A DNA stretch of 64,000 bases from Chlorokybus atmophyticus (Eukaryota > Plantae > Mesostigma and Chlorokybus algae): the NCBI GenBank assembly GCA_009103225.1, contig RHPI01002910.1:129123-193122 (forward strand), written 5' to 3'. How positions within the stretch are numbered: the stretch's first letter is position 1; each line of letters starts with the position of its first letter. Made by a program: the position numbers and the translations under genes. Below the pieces are notes generated by a model. It did not search any database and was not told where the DNA came from. It saw only the letters and a program-made list of their open reading frames with translations. Below, in pieces: positions 1-13,106 of the stretch.

Positions 1-2481
1 TGAGAGACCAACCTCTGCTGCCTCTGCGCCAAGCACTACCACTTCCAAGCCCAGCCCCTTGTCACATACAGATGTGTCAAAGGTGTGTAGTGCTGATTGA
101 TTGTTGCAGGCATGTCTGCTTATGTCAATTCGTAGTGAAGGTGGCTGGATGCTGCACGTATGCATGCTTGAGGCAGGTGGCGCATGGGAAGGATGTCTTG
201 AAAGAACTCTTGGTTGCGCGCATGTTGTGGGTCTCTATATCCAGTCAGCAACTTGCACATCACTTATTGTGGTTGGCTATGCAGGCCACACTTCCAGCTT
301 CCCCTGCACCTGTCCTTGTTGCGCGGCCATCCACTTTGGGACCGTCAAAGCTCGGCGACAGTTCAAGCCCGTCTCCTCGCACAGGGTCACCACGAGTTCA
401 GTCTCCGCGATCATCGTCTCCACGCGTGTCCTCTCCCCGTGCTGGCACTGAACCATCACTTATCAAGGAACGGCTGCGTGTCAGGCTGCATATTGTCAAT
501 GATAAGTCAAAACGTGCCCAGGTGAGCAGCCATGTTGATGCAGGCAGACAGACAACTTCCTACGCTTGAGCAGCCAATTTATGCAACTGTACGTAAGAAC
601 TCTTCCTGATGCTGTGCAGGCTGCATATGGGCCAGGCTATGCTAGCAGTCCACTGGGTCGGTCACCTATGAAGTCGCCACTTGTTGGTGATCCAGAGGGT
701 CTCAAGGCGTTGAACCTGGAGCCGGTTGTTCCGGCTGTTCCAGAACAAGTATACAGGTTGGTCATTGCAAGTCAAGTTAACTGCTCCTGCTGTGTAGTTA
801 TCCTGGCTGGAACTGCCAGCCCCACCAGCCTTGACCAATTGCATATGACGAATGATTGTGTGGTGGGGTGTGCAGGGAATACTTGGAGTTCAAGAGCAAC
901 AAGTTGGCTAAGCCGCGAGAAGAAACAACGAATGAGCTGAAGTCTTTCAGTGAAAGCCTCTCCACGCGCACGGTCAGTGGCCACTACATAGTTGTGTGTT
1001 GTGGGATTTACGTGCTTGCTGTGTGACATCATCCTGCATGCAGATCAAGGATTCTCCGGCAGTGTCACCACGAGCGGCAGGTGTCCGCACACCCCATCTG
1101 GCCTCAACACCTGGCGGCGGCAGCACACCCCGTGCAGGTATTACCAAGGGGCGGCGTGTCGTGTTGTTACAACTTGTGTGTTGCAATATTAGTCATTCAG
1201 ACACATCCCAGCACATGGGCATAAACTCTATTCTTCCAACAGGACGAGTCGCCGCAGGTGGCGAGTCGCCGAGCAAAGCTGAAGGCGCATCCAGCACAAC
1301 AACCAGTGCAGCGACCATCTCCGCCACTTGCACAAGCGCACCCTCAGAAGCATGTGCGCTTGCTCGAGCAGCAGCTGCAGCGAGTGTTGTCACAGCCCCC
1401 AACGCGGCCACAGCCACATCCACTTCCACGCCCACAACCACCTACGAAGCCCCCTCAACGTCAGTATCCCCCTCATCGCTTGCTGCAAGTGCACTCAAGA
1501 AGTCAACACTGAATCCTGCTGCAAAGGTGTGTTGCTTATTTTTCCACTGATGAGCTTATAGGTAAGGCTCGTTTGTCTGGTGCTCACTGCTGTGCTTGCT
1601 GCAGGAGTTCAAGTTGAATCCCAATGCCAAGTCATTTACCCCGGTTCCAAAAGACTCAACACCAACCAGCAGTGCGCCTTGCTCACCCGTCCCGAACACG
1701 CATCCTGCACCTCTCAGCCCTGGGGCGGGTGCCCACATGTACGCGCCGGCCGGCATGTCCCCTGTCCAGATGCCGCCAGGAATGATGCCACAGATGATGC
1801 CATATGGGGCCATGCCCATGCCCATGGGGGTACGTGTTGTTGCATGTATGGCTGTCTTGTCGCATGGCAGGATGCACACAGACTTATCAGTAAGTTGTAC
1901 AGGGTCCACATGGTGGCTTTGTCGGTGGCCCGTACATGCCTGGTGCTCCTGGCGTAAAAATGCAGCCCGGCCAAGTGATGAATCCCATGTACGCACAGCA
2001 ACAGGCCATTCGCGCTTATGGAGGTGCGCCACCCATGCAACCGCCTGGCAATCCAGGCTTCATATACCCCAATGGGCAGCAGGTCAGGCTCTGGTCAGCA
2101 TTCATCACAACTTGTTGGCTTTGCTTCGTGAGAATCTTGACTGAACTTGAATGTGGCCCTTGCAGTTTCATCCTGCCATGGCCTATGGCCCCAACGGTCA
2201 ACCTGTCATGACATACATGCCACAGATGCCTCCGCAGCATAGTCAGTCCCCACAGCAGCATAAGCGCTTCTATCAAGCGCCACAAGGTGAGCTGCTTACG
2301 ACGGCAGCAAAGGTTGTGCAAACCAGGCGCTTTGCATTGTGCTCATTGATGACATGTTCGATTTGCTACAGGTCCTCCAGCGCAATACATCGGCCCACCT
2401 GCCTTCGTGCCAGGTCAGCCGCAGCAGCTACCTTTGCACAGTCCACGAGGTGGCAATGCAAATGCAAACATTGCCAGCTGA
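1..2481 (+). CDS. Ataxin-2/CID3-CID4-like PABP-interacting protein, 3' part (multi-exon, 5'-truncated by window edge)
   Basis: Spliced exons give the tandem PAM2 motif KKSTLNPAAK|EFKLNPNAKSFTP (intron about 1528-1604), the ALNLEP and LKSFSESL segments typical of ataxin-2 family proteins, and a Q/P/M-rich tail ending ...NANIAS* (TGA 2479-2481). GT-AG boundaries. Confidence 0.8.
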
Positions 2482-4406
2482 GTTTAGATATTAGACTGCT
2501 GGAGAGGCATGCAGCCCGTTGCTCGATGATAAGGTATATTGTGTACATTTGTGAAGTGCATGCGACGGAGGTCGTGCCAAATGCCGTTGTGCATCATGCA
2601 TGCTGATTGTCACAGTATCTTCGCCGTGCCCTGATTTTCGTGACATGGCATCTGACATGTGTGAATGATACATTTCTGTGGCAGATTGAGCAGTCTAGTT
2701 AAACATCTGTGCTCGAGGTGGTTTTTTCATGCAACGAAAATGCATGACTTGCACAGAGGTATACGCGCAGACGCATGTGCAGGTGCATCCAATACAAGTT
2801 GAAGCAAACAAGTTGACAGGATTGGATTATAGCAGCATTGGTGCAGGAGGGAGAGGATGGGCTATGACAAAACGAGGGAGATTAGGTTGTACGTAAGTCC
2901 TGGACCCTAACAGCTGCGATGTTAGCAGGGTATGCCAGTTAGAATGCATGCTCACCTAAACGCATGCAAGTATCCAGTCAGTCGCCGCCAATGTGGGGCA
3001 CTCACATTATGTTCTGATGAATGCTTCCAGCAGTCAAGAGTTGTGTACGGAAATTTCATCTCATAGCAGTTCACACCCTTCATCTCTCCATTATTCAAAA
3101 GCAATTACGTTCTTGACCCACCTGTCCATACACCTCACAATCCAAGCCTCAACACAATCACTACGCTAACAATAACAACGACAGCAACCTGCCGCAGGTT
3201 TTAACGATACGTCCTCATGCAAGCATAGGCAGTGGTGTGCGTGATGCTGGGCGCGATGTCATGCGGTTGGTGCGGGTGGTGTGCGTGACCGTGTGGGTGT
3301 GAGAATCTTGTAGATGAGCATGGCGCGTTACACGACCCCTGTACATATGTGTATAAAGTGTTGGTAGATGTACAATATGTCCTCACGCAAACGTTTGCAG
3401 CAGATGTATGTGTAATAGTTATGATGGTTGGTTCTGGTTAATGCAAATGTAGTGTGCGTGTCCTTGCTTTGTGGCACCTTTCTCTATGCTCCCATATGTG
3501 TCCACGCATTGGTTTTGCCTATGCCGTCACGTGGACGCTGTTAGCGTGGCTATCAGCGTCAGCAACACGGGGTTGAATCGCAAACGTGCACAATCGTACT
3601 CACATGTGCAGGCAGGCAACAGTTGCGCAATGAGAGACGAACCACAGAACGGGTCTGCATTACAATATGACTCCATGTGCTTGTGTAGTCGAGAGCATGT
3701 AATTGGTGAATCTAGTCATTTCTCCCGGGCACTTCGGGGATCTTTTGCCATCAGTCTTGCGCGTCACCGTAACATGTTTATCCAATGCACACCAACAGCT
3801 GACGTTGTGGTAAGGCCTCAGCGTGGTAAGCCAAAGAGACCATGCTTGCACATTAGCATTTGCAGGCAGCTACAACAACTGCATACAGTCAGAACAATTG
3901 CTGGAGTGCGTTAAGGCAACTTCCTCGACCAACCACTGATGGTCCCACAAGCATGTTCATTAAAGCCTTTAACAAACAAATGCGCACGTGTGCATGCAAC
4001 TGTGAACCTGCTGGATGGTCGGTGCTATTGAGGCTTGAAGTGAAACGACTTTTGATCTGTGAGGCTGGTCCTGCAATGCAGCTTGAAAGCACGTGGAACT
4101 ATGCAGGCAAGCTGTAAGAAGCAATGATTTCAGTACACAAGAAATTTGCAGCGCAACGCTGTAAGAGCGTTGCGCTGACATGCAGTATTGCACAGGCTGC
4201 TAGCCCAGCTACATACAGGCAGCGGTTGCTCTTGCTAATCTACGCATTGACAATCATGTGCGCCAGCACTTCAGTGCACCTCACAATCATCTCCACGTGC
4301 TCTGGTGCAATGCCAGTGTGATGTCTTGACCCGCAAGACGTGCAGGGAGCTGCAACACAAGTACAAACAACTCGTCATTTGAAGGGAGCAGATCGGGTTA
4401 TATGCG

Positions 4407-7385
4407 TCAAGACAAGCAAGATATGCTGATTGTGCACGACCAAGACAGACCTGGCACTCCGCAGCGCTCCAGGAGTATACTGGCCAGTGACTTGGACAGC
4501 TGCACCTTGTTGGATGTGTATCCTTCAAGGACAGAACGCGCTGTGGATACGGCGGGGCTGATGTGGTCTTTGCTGGGGCCCTTCCTCAGGGCCCAGCGCG
4601 CATACATGGTCTGTTCAGGGACTAGATTGGCCAGCCACTCTGCGTGCCTGCGAACGGATGCTTGCACCATGAAGTGGAGCTTCATGAGGTGCACGTCTCC
4701 CGAGAGAACAATCAAACGCTGCATGTAGTAGTCGTTCCAGCCATTCGTCAGTATGCTGAACGCTTCATAACGCTTGTCGACGGTCGTATCACTTGGAATC
4801 AACTGCTTCCAAGTCCAGGACAGCGATAGCAGCGCGTCGTCAAACGCTTCGCGCACTCGACGCGGATGGTTCTCATATTCATCAAACATCTCCTCGTCGT
4901 CGCTGTCTGGAACAGGGAAGTCGTCCAGGATGACATCGTCGTCCAACACCCAGTGCTGGGTTCATCACAAGATATAATCAGGACCCAGTAGCTGCATGTT
5001 TTTGGCTTGTGGACTGGATGTACAACTAGTTACCAAGTTGGCACGCAACAGCATTTTGGGCACATCAACTTACTGTGTAGTCTTCCCTATCCGTAGGGTA
5101 GTACGCGTCCAAGTCGCATGCTGCACAAATTGCCTTGGATCACTTTTGTAAACAAGCATGTGTTGAGCACCTTCCATGCACAGGCAGCCTGGGCCAGTAC
5201 CAATGCGATGCGATGAAGCACGAATACCAAGAGCTGTAACAACAGCGACGTTGCCACGCTACTGGACACGGCACTTACCACGGGGCCCAAACAAGAGGTA
5301 GACGAAAGTGGCTTGTATATGCACGTCTGACCAGCGGCGCGCAAGCAGCCTGATGGTGGAGGCAGCAAAGGAAGAGAGCGGTACGCACTGCCTGTCTCCC
5401 GGCAACCGCATGAGCACGCCGCTGATGACTTCGCGAATCAACATGTCTTCTTGAAGGCTGAGAACACGACAATATTTCAGTACATGCTGCTGGCCGACTG
5501 CAAGCCTGCCTCCACTACAATGAAGTTGACCGTCAGTCAGTAAACAACGACAGTAAATAATTGTGAGGTCAAGCTTCACCTCATAGTCGCAGGCACAGCG
5601 TTGCGATGCTCGTAGCAGAGAAACTTGGCTTCATCGCTAACGCGGCACAGCTCCTGCAGCAACTTCAGCGGTTTCATGTGGCTGAACTCTTCCCTAAAGT
5701 AAGCAGCCAAAAATTCCGCCAGCATTGGTGCCGTATACCCTGTCAACACTGTGTGAGCACCCTACGAGAGTCAGTTTGCATGCAGCACAGCCTCAGCTGG
5801 TACCTCTCGTGACCAACTGCAGAACTCGCCACATCTCTTTGTAGGCACTTGATAAAACGAGCTTCTTGTGCGCTGTCGTTGCCAACACAAGCTGCTTGGT
5901 AAAGACTGCCCTGTCGCTTATGCTGCAAATACAACAGCATGTCATGTCATCCGTGCTTAGAGACTTACAGCTTGCTAGCCACAGTTTGTACACTTGACTG
6001 CCAGCAAACACCCAGTTGCAAGCACTGCTTAACATGGGTGTGCCTCACCTAGCTCGTGACACACAGTGCTCAGCTAGACTGCTTCCGTCATAACTCATCT
6101 AACAGTCTTCCTAATGAGGTTAGCAACTTAAAGAATAACTGACAACCCGCGTACCTGAAGCTGCAAGCTAGGGCGCGCACCAGCTGGCCAAGCCTGCCCG
6201 GCGTCTCTTGCAGCCAGGCAGCAGGCGTTGCACTTTGCGGTGTCACCTGGCACTGTACCGCCTTCAAGACCTCAGCGGACAGAATCTTGCTGGCCAGAGC
6301 CAGCGCAGACCAGTCCCCGATCGATAGTTGCTGTAAAACCAGCATGCAAACACTGAGCTGGGTTGCGCGTTGTACATGTGCATACTGGCTGCTGCCGTTC
6401 TGACTGCTCAGTTGGCATGCAGTCAAGGGCTTAACTACTAGTAACAGTAGTACTTGCTCAGCACGCTGCGCCAAAGCTAAAAGCAACTTGACTCCACTTG
6501 GGCGCACAAGCATACAAGAGGACAAACTGACTGATAGACAGCTCTGCTAGCTTTCTACTTGCAGCCTTCCAGGCTGCAAGTAGTCAGCTACACAGGCCTC
6601 AGCCGGTAAGCTACAAGCAGTGTGCTTCGGGAGTCTTATCTGACAAAGGAAGACAACCATTGCATGTAATGGTGCACAATGCTTACCTCCAGGATAAGCA
6701 CGAGCGTGTCTCTCGGCAGGCGTTCCAGGTGACTGCCACCACCAAGTGCCTGACGCGACTTGCTGCGCGTCATGTAGTGCCTGGACATCTTCAACTTGAA
6801 GGGGCGGCCTACCACTCTCTTCAGCTGGTTCAGCTTCTGCGTAACAAGACACAAGTACCTCAACCCGTAAGCAACGTGCTTGCAGTATTGAAGCATAAAT
6901 GTGACTCCATTTGTGTTGTAGTTTACTTTGCTGTGCACACACCGACCAGTGAAGACAGCAAGAAGTGAGCATGCATGCTGCCAGACGGCATTTGCAGCTG
7001 GAATCATGCACCACAGCACTGAGCAGGTTGTCTACTGTGCTACTCAACCAGAATTTGACACAATATATGTCGCAGTAAATGCGCAGCATAAGCTAGAACA
7101 GCCAGCTTGCCTGCAGAGGCACTGAGCTACAACTCACTTCAACAGGCTCTGGCGTTGATGTTCCAGCAGCAGAGCAGCTGGCATCAGCTTCTTGCGCAGC
7201 ACGGCTCTACCTTACGTAAGTTCAAGCGCATGCAACCTCTGAATCAAGGTCTATGACACGAAGCTGCCGCCGACAGCGCCGCCGCCGCCGCTCCAACAAA
7301 GCCGACGCGGCCACTGCAACAGGAACAGCGTGGTCATGTGACTTGGAGGAGCAGCAAAGCGTAGGAGGCACTCAGCTTCTTTCAT
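4407..7385 (-). CDS. Uncharacterised large multi-exon protein (boundaries uncertain)
   Basis: 180-codon exon-like ORF 4407..4949 (WVLDDDVILDDFPVPDSDDEEMFDEYE...) plus Leu-rich helical exon-like segments at about 5300-5480, 5800-5930, 6090-6500 and 6685-6890 with GT-AG signals. No family recognised; start and end uncertain. Confidence 0.5.
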
Positions 7386-7684
7386 GAGCTACAGGCGGTA
7401 TTAGCCCATGAGTCCAAACGCTGCGTCGTTGATAGTGGCAATTATGGCAATAATAAGCGTGAAGCTATGGACAATCTGCAGGCTATGTGTGCTGTGTTGA
7501 ACTCAAGGTTGTTCAGCACTGCTTCAGCAGCTATTCGTACCTTTGAGAGTGTGCATGGAAAGTAGCGCATACAGTTATGATAGTGCGTGTAAGCTTCTCC
7601 AAGGCGATTTTTGATGATATCACAATATATAACACACCTGGTACGCTTAACACATGATGTGTGCAATTATTAATGTCATGTAAG

Positions 7685-7727
7685 AACTTTATTGAATGTT
7701 GAATAACATTCAACATTCAATAAAGTT
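7685..7727. repeat. Perfect 20-bp inverted repeat with 3-nt loop
   Basis: AACTTTATTGAATGTTGAAT-aac-ATTCAACATTCAATAAAGTT. Confidence 0.95.
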
Positions 7728-8220
7728 TATATAACTGTTGTTCTTGTAACATAAGCATTCATATTGGTGTTTTATCCAATACGAACATGAAGATAATATA
7801 CAATTTGCTAATGTGCGGATAACATCAAGACGTTAAAGTATGAACTCATGCAGTTAATCATGTCAAAACACAACATGCAGAATTAACAATTAAATTCATT
7901 CATAATGCGCAAAGACTATACTGTTCATAATACACCATATTATAACAATCATAACAATGCACATAAACATGTGAAAGATTGTTTGTTTTGATGTTGTAAA
8001 AAGCATCGATCGTGTTGAGTTTTATAAAGTTAAATGCGTGTATACGCACTTGACGTTGTAAAATTCATCACATTCAATATGCATCACTTGTGAATGACCC
8101 CACAACACAATAAGGATGTCAAAGTCAAGTTCATCATAAAAAGTAGCATTATAACATACTAACTTTTTTTCTCGCACAATCAATGTGTTCAATACCAATA
8201 ACGATCGTTAAATCAATCAA

Positions 8221-8262
8221 TATATATGTATATATATACATATATATGTATATGTATATATA
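8221..8262. repeat. (TA)n/(TATG) microsatellite
   Basis: tatatatgtatatatatacatatatatgtatatgtatatata. Confidence 0.9.
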
Positions 8263-9568
8263 ATGAGGTTGATGTGTTCATGCAAAGCATGTGTAACCGT
8301 TATAATCAACAATCAAATAAAACCTTTCCGTCGTAATTTGACTCATAAAGGTTTAATTTTGTAAGATATGTTAAGTGCTATAACATGCGGGTTCATACCA
8401 TTCGATCGACTTGCAGAGCAATTGCAAAAACTATGTCAATAAAAAACGGATACAAACAGATGAAAACGGATTAAAAATGGATTGTGTAATTGTAATACAA
8501 GTCTAGCAAAGATACACATTGTGTACATGCTTAAACATGCTTGAACATGCATCTGTTGAAAATTTAATCTGGTGCATAGCTATGCGTCTATCACGAAATT
8601 CATTATAAAGCATATACAACATATGATTCATATGATTCATAATGTTTGTCATGTCACTTTTTCAGTTTCAGCGGATTGCATACAACCCAATAAATGCAAG
8701 TTTTTCGAGGAGGTCAAGCTGTGCACATTTACCTACCCGGTAAGCTAAGGCCCAAGAGCCATATTGGCTTCTTGCTTCTGAAGGTGACAAGCTCCTTCTT
8801 GGTGCCATCAATAAATAAATAGGTGCGTTCCTTGGTGGTGTGACATGCATCGTGACTGTCATGAATTGCGACATGCCCCGCTTGGTGGTGACACAACGTG
8901 AGGCCTATGCCTTTGGCGCAGAAGGCAACGTTTTAACCACGCAACGCAATTTGTCCGCTAGCGCCGGTCCATAACTTTTCCGCCGAATTGCAAACCGGAG
9001 GTTACAGCCCTTACGCGCACCGCTGTCCGGCCGGAACGCAGGCTGAAAAGCCGTCACACCAGTCGGCGTATGCACGAGGCGGCGGCCGCTCGCCAGTCTG
9101 TGCGCACACTCCAGACCGAAGCCACTCACTGGAACGCAATCGGGACTTCATTTGCAATCCAGTTTACAAGTCAATGGCGCTGCTTGAGGCAAACCACTGT
9201 CATGGCAAAGCAAGTCCCGAACGCGCAAGGACATGATTACTCAATCGATCCCAGCCGTTGGCTGAGGTTGTACTAGATGGTCTGGCAACGAGGGTCCTGA
9301 CACAAGAAGGTATGTCCTCGGTTCTGTGACTTGACAAAGGACTTTCTCTGCTTTTGGGACCGGCCCACGCGCACACACGTACATCTTAAATGCCGCATGC
9401 AGTGACAGAGTCTGGCGGCAAGGACAGGAGGAGACGGGGGTGGCGGCAGGGGCGGCGGCAGGAGCAGGAGGAGGCAGCAGGCGGGCGTCCTTCTTGAGTT
9501 GCTGGAGAAGAACTGCGTGGCGTGCCAGCTGGTGGCGTGCTCGGGCGCTGCTGTCGAGCGGGTTTGTG

Positions 9569-11356
9569 ATGGCGCTGGGGTTGGCCACGGCAGGGGGCCA
9601 GGGTTTCATTGCCGTCCAGCGTAAGCACCAGCAGCAGCAGCAGCATGGCGGCGGCGGGGTGTCCATGTGGGCGGAGCTTCCTCCTGAAATCTTGCGAGAC
9701 ATCCTCAATCGCGTTGAGGACGACTGTTCCGACTGGCCCGCGCGCACCAGCTTCGTCGCCTGCGCCGGCGTCTGCCGCAGCTGGCGTGCAGCCGCTCTTG
9801 AAGTCGCCAAAGCTGCTCCAATTGGCACCACCCGCCTCACCTTTCCTGAAGGCCTCCGCCAGGTACTTACTAGGGGACGTCATTTGCCGCCTTTTCAGTA
9901 TGCCGTAACCGTGGCCTGCTGCATTGTGCGCCGCGTACTTGGAAGGCGTAGGGTGCATGTGACCAGATTAGGGAGTTGCACGTCGCGCGTATTTGAACAG
10001 TATGCATAGCAGGTCTATTCGCACACAGTCCCAACTTTCTTTTGCGGCCGTTGTGCATGTCTTTTCACTGCTTAATTGCAACAGTGCAAATCTCCAAGTG
10101 ACCATGCACTGCGTGTCATGTTTGCATTCTCACTGTGCATTTTAATTCAGTGCTTCCTCTCCAGTAGATTACATTACGGCAGGATCTTCAATGTGCATTG
10201 CAGTCACAGTTGTCTACCTAACTTGCCGTATGTGTGTGATTGCCTCCGTTTCTGACCTTTGCATTGACATTGTGTTTGTGCAGCCTGGCCCTGTGCATAG
10301 CCTGATGAGATGCTACATATTGCGAGATCGACACAATGGACGCAAGTATCCTACCTACGCACTTTATCTTGATCAGTCCCTTCTGCCAATGAGCCGAGAT
10401 GAGGTGTTGGCGGTTGGCGGAACATCCTCCATGCGTGAGCCTACTGGTCGCGGCAAATTTCTTCTGTCTGCTAGGAGAAGGTGGAGGAGCGCAGGCATTG
10501 ATTATGTGGTAACACTGGACCGCACATTCAGCGATGACGGCTGCATCATTGGCGAAGTTCGCTCCAATGTGTTTGGAACGCGCTTCACTGCATACGAGTA
10601 CCTGTCCTCAACTTCATCCAACTGCTGGTACATGCCTTGGAAGAACAGCGGTTCGCAGCAGCGCGCGTGTGCAACCATCTCGTATGACCTCAACTGGATC
10701 GGCACGCGTCGACCTCGGCAGCTAAGCGCTGTACTCACAGCGGCTTCTCCCGTTGTGATGACCAGCAATGGCAGCGGCAGTGGCAGTGGCGCATTAGCAT
10801 CAATTTTCTCACCAACCTCACCTTCCCAGCCTAGCGATATTGTGGGCGTTGTGTCCAGCTCGCGCCCTTGCACAGAAGTTCCGCTTCCTGATGCCGGCAG
10901 TGCTTACAGCCGCCAGGTTGTGCCTTTGGACGAGTCTGGTCTCGGCACTGATTCCAGCACAACTCTCCATCTCAAGAACAAGCTTCCGCGCTGGCATGAG
11001 CAGTCGCACTGCTGGTGCCTTGACTTCAGGTGACGGCTCTTGATGGTTGTGCATGCACAGGATAGTTGTTTGCACATCTTGCAGTTTCAGCCTTCGATTG
11101 GCCACTACAAGATTTGCTATACTGACTCAAGTTTACTTGCAGAGGGCGAGTCACAATGGCCTCAGTCAAAAACTTTCAGCTTGTGGCTGCCCATCCTGGA
11201 GAAGATAAGCCGCTTTCTGGAGACGATGGGCCAGTGCTGTTGCAGTTTGGGAAAGTGGGGAAGGACGTTTTCACAATGGACTACCGTCAGCCGCTGTCTG
11301 CATTTGAGGCGTTTGCGCTGTGCCTCTCCAGTTTCGATACGCGTCTTCTGGCGTAG
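9569..11356 (+). CDS. Tubby-like F-box protein (plant TLP/TULP family), 3 coding exons
   Basis: F-box [17 protein letters not shown]...CAGVCRSWR (exon to about 9861). Tubby domain exons 10283-11029 and 11142-11356 with [33 protein letters not shown] and [33 protein letters not shown]; TAG 11354-11356. Start is the first in-frame ATG; the frame is open further upstream. Confidence 0.93.
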
Positions 11357-13106
11357 TCGCCATGTCATGGTGATCTGTCCAGAGATCTGTCAAGAATCCA
11401 AGTTCCTTACATACATACCGTACATCTGTAAATAACAGACCACTGCGGGCGCCAGACTCTCACTGTCAGAGTAACTTTCTGTCTTTTTGTCTCTACTGTG
11501 CATAAACTACCTAGGTTTAGCGTACTGTTTGCTTGTGTGCAGGCTTTAACATAGGTTATAGTAGCCTGTAGAGTATTGTGTTGTGTAGCTACGCTGTGAT
11601 TGGTTACTCTGCTTCGGTGTCCTGGGGTGTGCACTCGCATTGTTGTTGCTGCTGCTGCTGCTTACTGGTAGTTGTTGCTCACCTGGCTCTCTTATGGTAC
11701 AAGGGTCAACAGGTTGTATCCCGTGCTGTGCTCAGTGGAGGTGGTGGTGATGCTAATTTCCACAGGCAGTCACAGGGCGCCAATCAAAGCTATCTTGTTG
11801 CCTGTATGCGTAATACCATTCACATTGTGGTATTCTGCAAGCAGGTGTGTGAGTCCTTCTGGCGTAATTGGTAGTGTAAGGCGCTGGCTCATTTCTCTTT
11901 CAGTCTGCATGTACATTTTGCTGCCAGTAGTTGTAAATGTGCATGACATCCTACAGCATGCCAAACATCATCAAAGACTAGTGGCATTAACAAATACGCG
12001 GGCACAATGTACACCATATTCGTACCTAGCCACAAACTACATGCACAGCAGCAAGCACAACAAACAAGCTACTAACTGTACGTAGCTTGGTGTGACAATG
12101 TTGGATACCAGTGTATCATTATTACTAAAGGGCCACTAATGGGTGCCAGCAGTCGAAATGCATGCCAAACAGTGTGCAAGCATATTGTAACACAACCACC
12201 AGGCTATACAAACTATGTGTTCCAACCTCACTACACTACACTCTCATACACTAACAGCGACATCGTCACACCGAGCTACGTACTGTCAACCCTGCCTATC
12301 ACTGCACAAGCATACTCACACGCATGCCAGCGGCACACTACACTAGTCTAGACCTCCCCATTGGACAAGCATACATGCGTACCAGTAGTGCATAACCTGC
12401 CAACACGGGCTCTGTTAGTTGTGCTATCCAAGTGGTTCTGATGCAAAACGCACTCACACAGTTGGCAACAGCAATCATAACAAGCACTCAGGCTAGCAAA
12501 GGAATTAAGACAGGGGCAAGGGCAGCACCTAGCTAAGTACCTTGTCTAAGTGCGTGCAAAGGGCAAGGGCGGAGGCGGCTGTATCTCAATCAAGAAGAGG
12601 AATGTTTCTTTAAGGACAACACCAATTGCAGGAAGTGACAGGGATCCAACCAACTTACCTCGCAATCTGATTACATCCAGCCTGCAATGGTCCGCTTGAG
12701 TGCGCGATGTGAGCATGGACATGGTAGTGTTTGAAACATGAGCATACCGATGGCAGTGGACTTGCGAGAGCCGTCACATGCAAGTATTCTACTTCCTATA
12801 TCGCATTTGTACCAAACCGGTCGTAGTCACTTTGATTGTTTGTATTCATCCCTCAACTGGATAGCCTAGCAAGCAGCATTCCAACACCATCTCAAACACA
12901 AGCAAGCCACCACAGAGAGTACTGGGCACACTTGCGAGTCTGTACACCTGCTATCCCTGCTATTCCAGGGACCAAAATGCATCGAGTCAGTCCCGTCCCT
13001 GACAAGCTCTTATCTAACTTGTGAGAGCCTGTGGGGCCCCTTGGTTACTACCCGGAGTTCACAGACTCGTTTCCCTGTGCAGGCTATGGCATCTGGCGCA
13101 TTGCGG

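Larger units (their letters stand above)
7600..8665. other. AT-rich island 1 (about 30% GC), stop-rich, probable decayed repeat or foreign DNA
   Basis: Hand count of 7741-8100 gives 30-32% GC, well below the flanking genes. Contains a perfect 20-bp hairpin, a TA microsatellite and AAACGGA-like repeats. Confidence 0.7.

Noticed and set aside
6680-6725. F-box motif (LERLPRDTLVLILE) in the unassigned gene
   Set aside because: The following exon does not continue an F-box pattern in any frame.
7436-8872. Degenerate terminal inverted repeats around island 1
   Set aside because: Best alignment is only about 15/20 with an indel and no target-site duplication; compatible with chance.
12397-12722. 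Small spliced minus-strand ORF downstream of FZL (MSMLTSRTQADHC...), a possible second bicistron
   Set aside because: Consensus-like donors exist, but the peptide is short and unrecognisable and many ATGs lie between it and the FZL stop; cannot be supported without RNA data.
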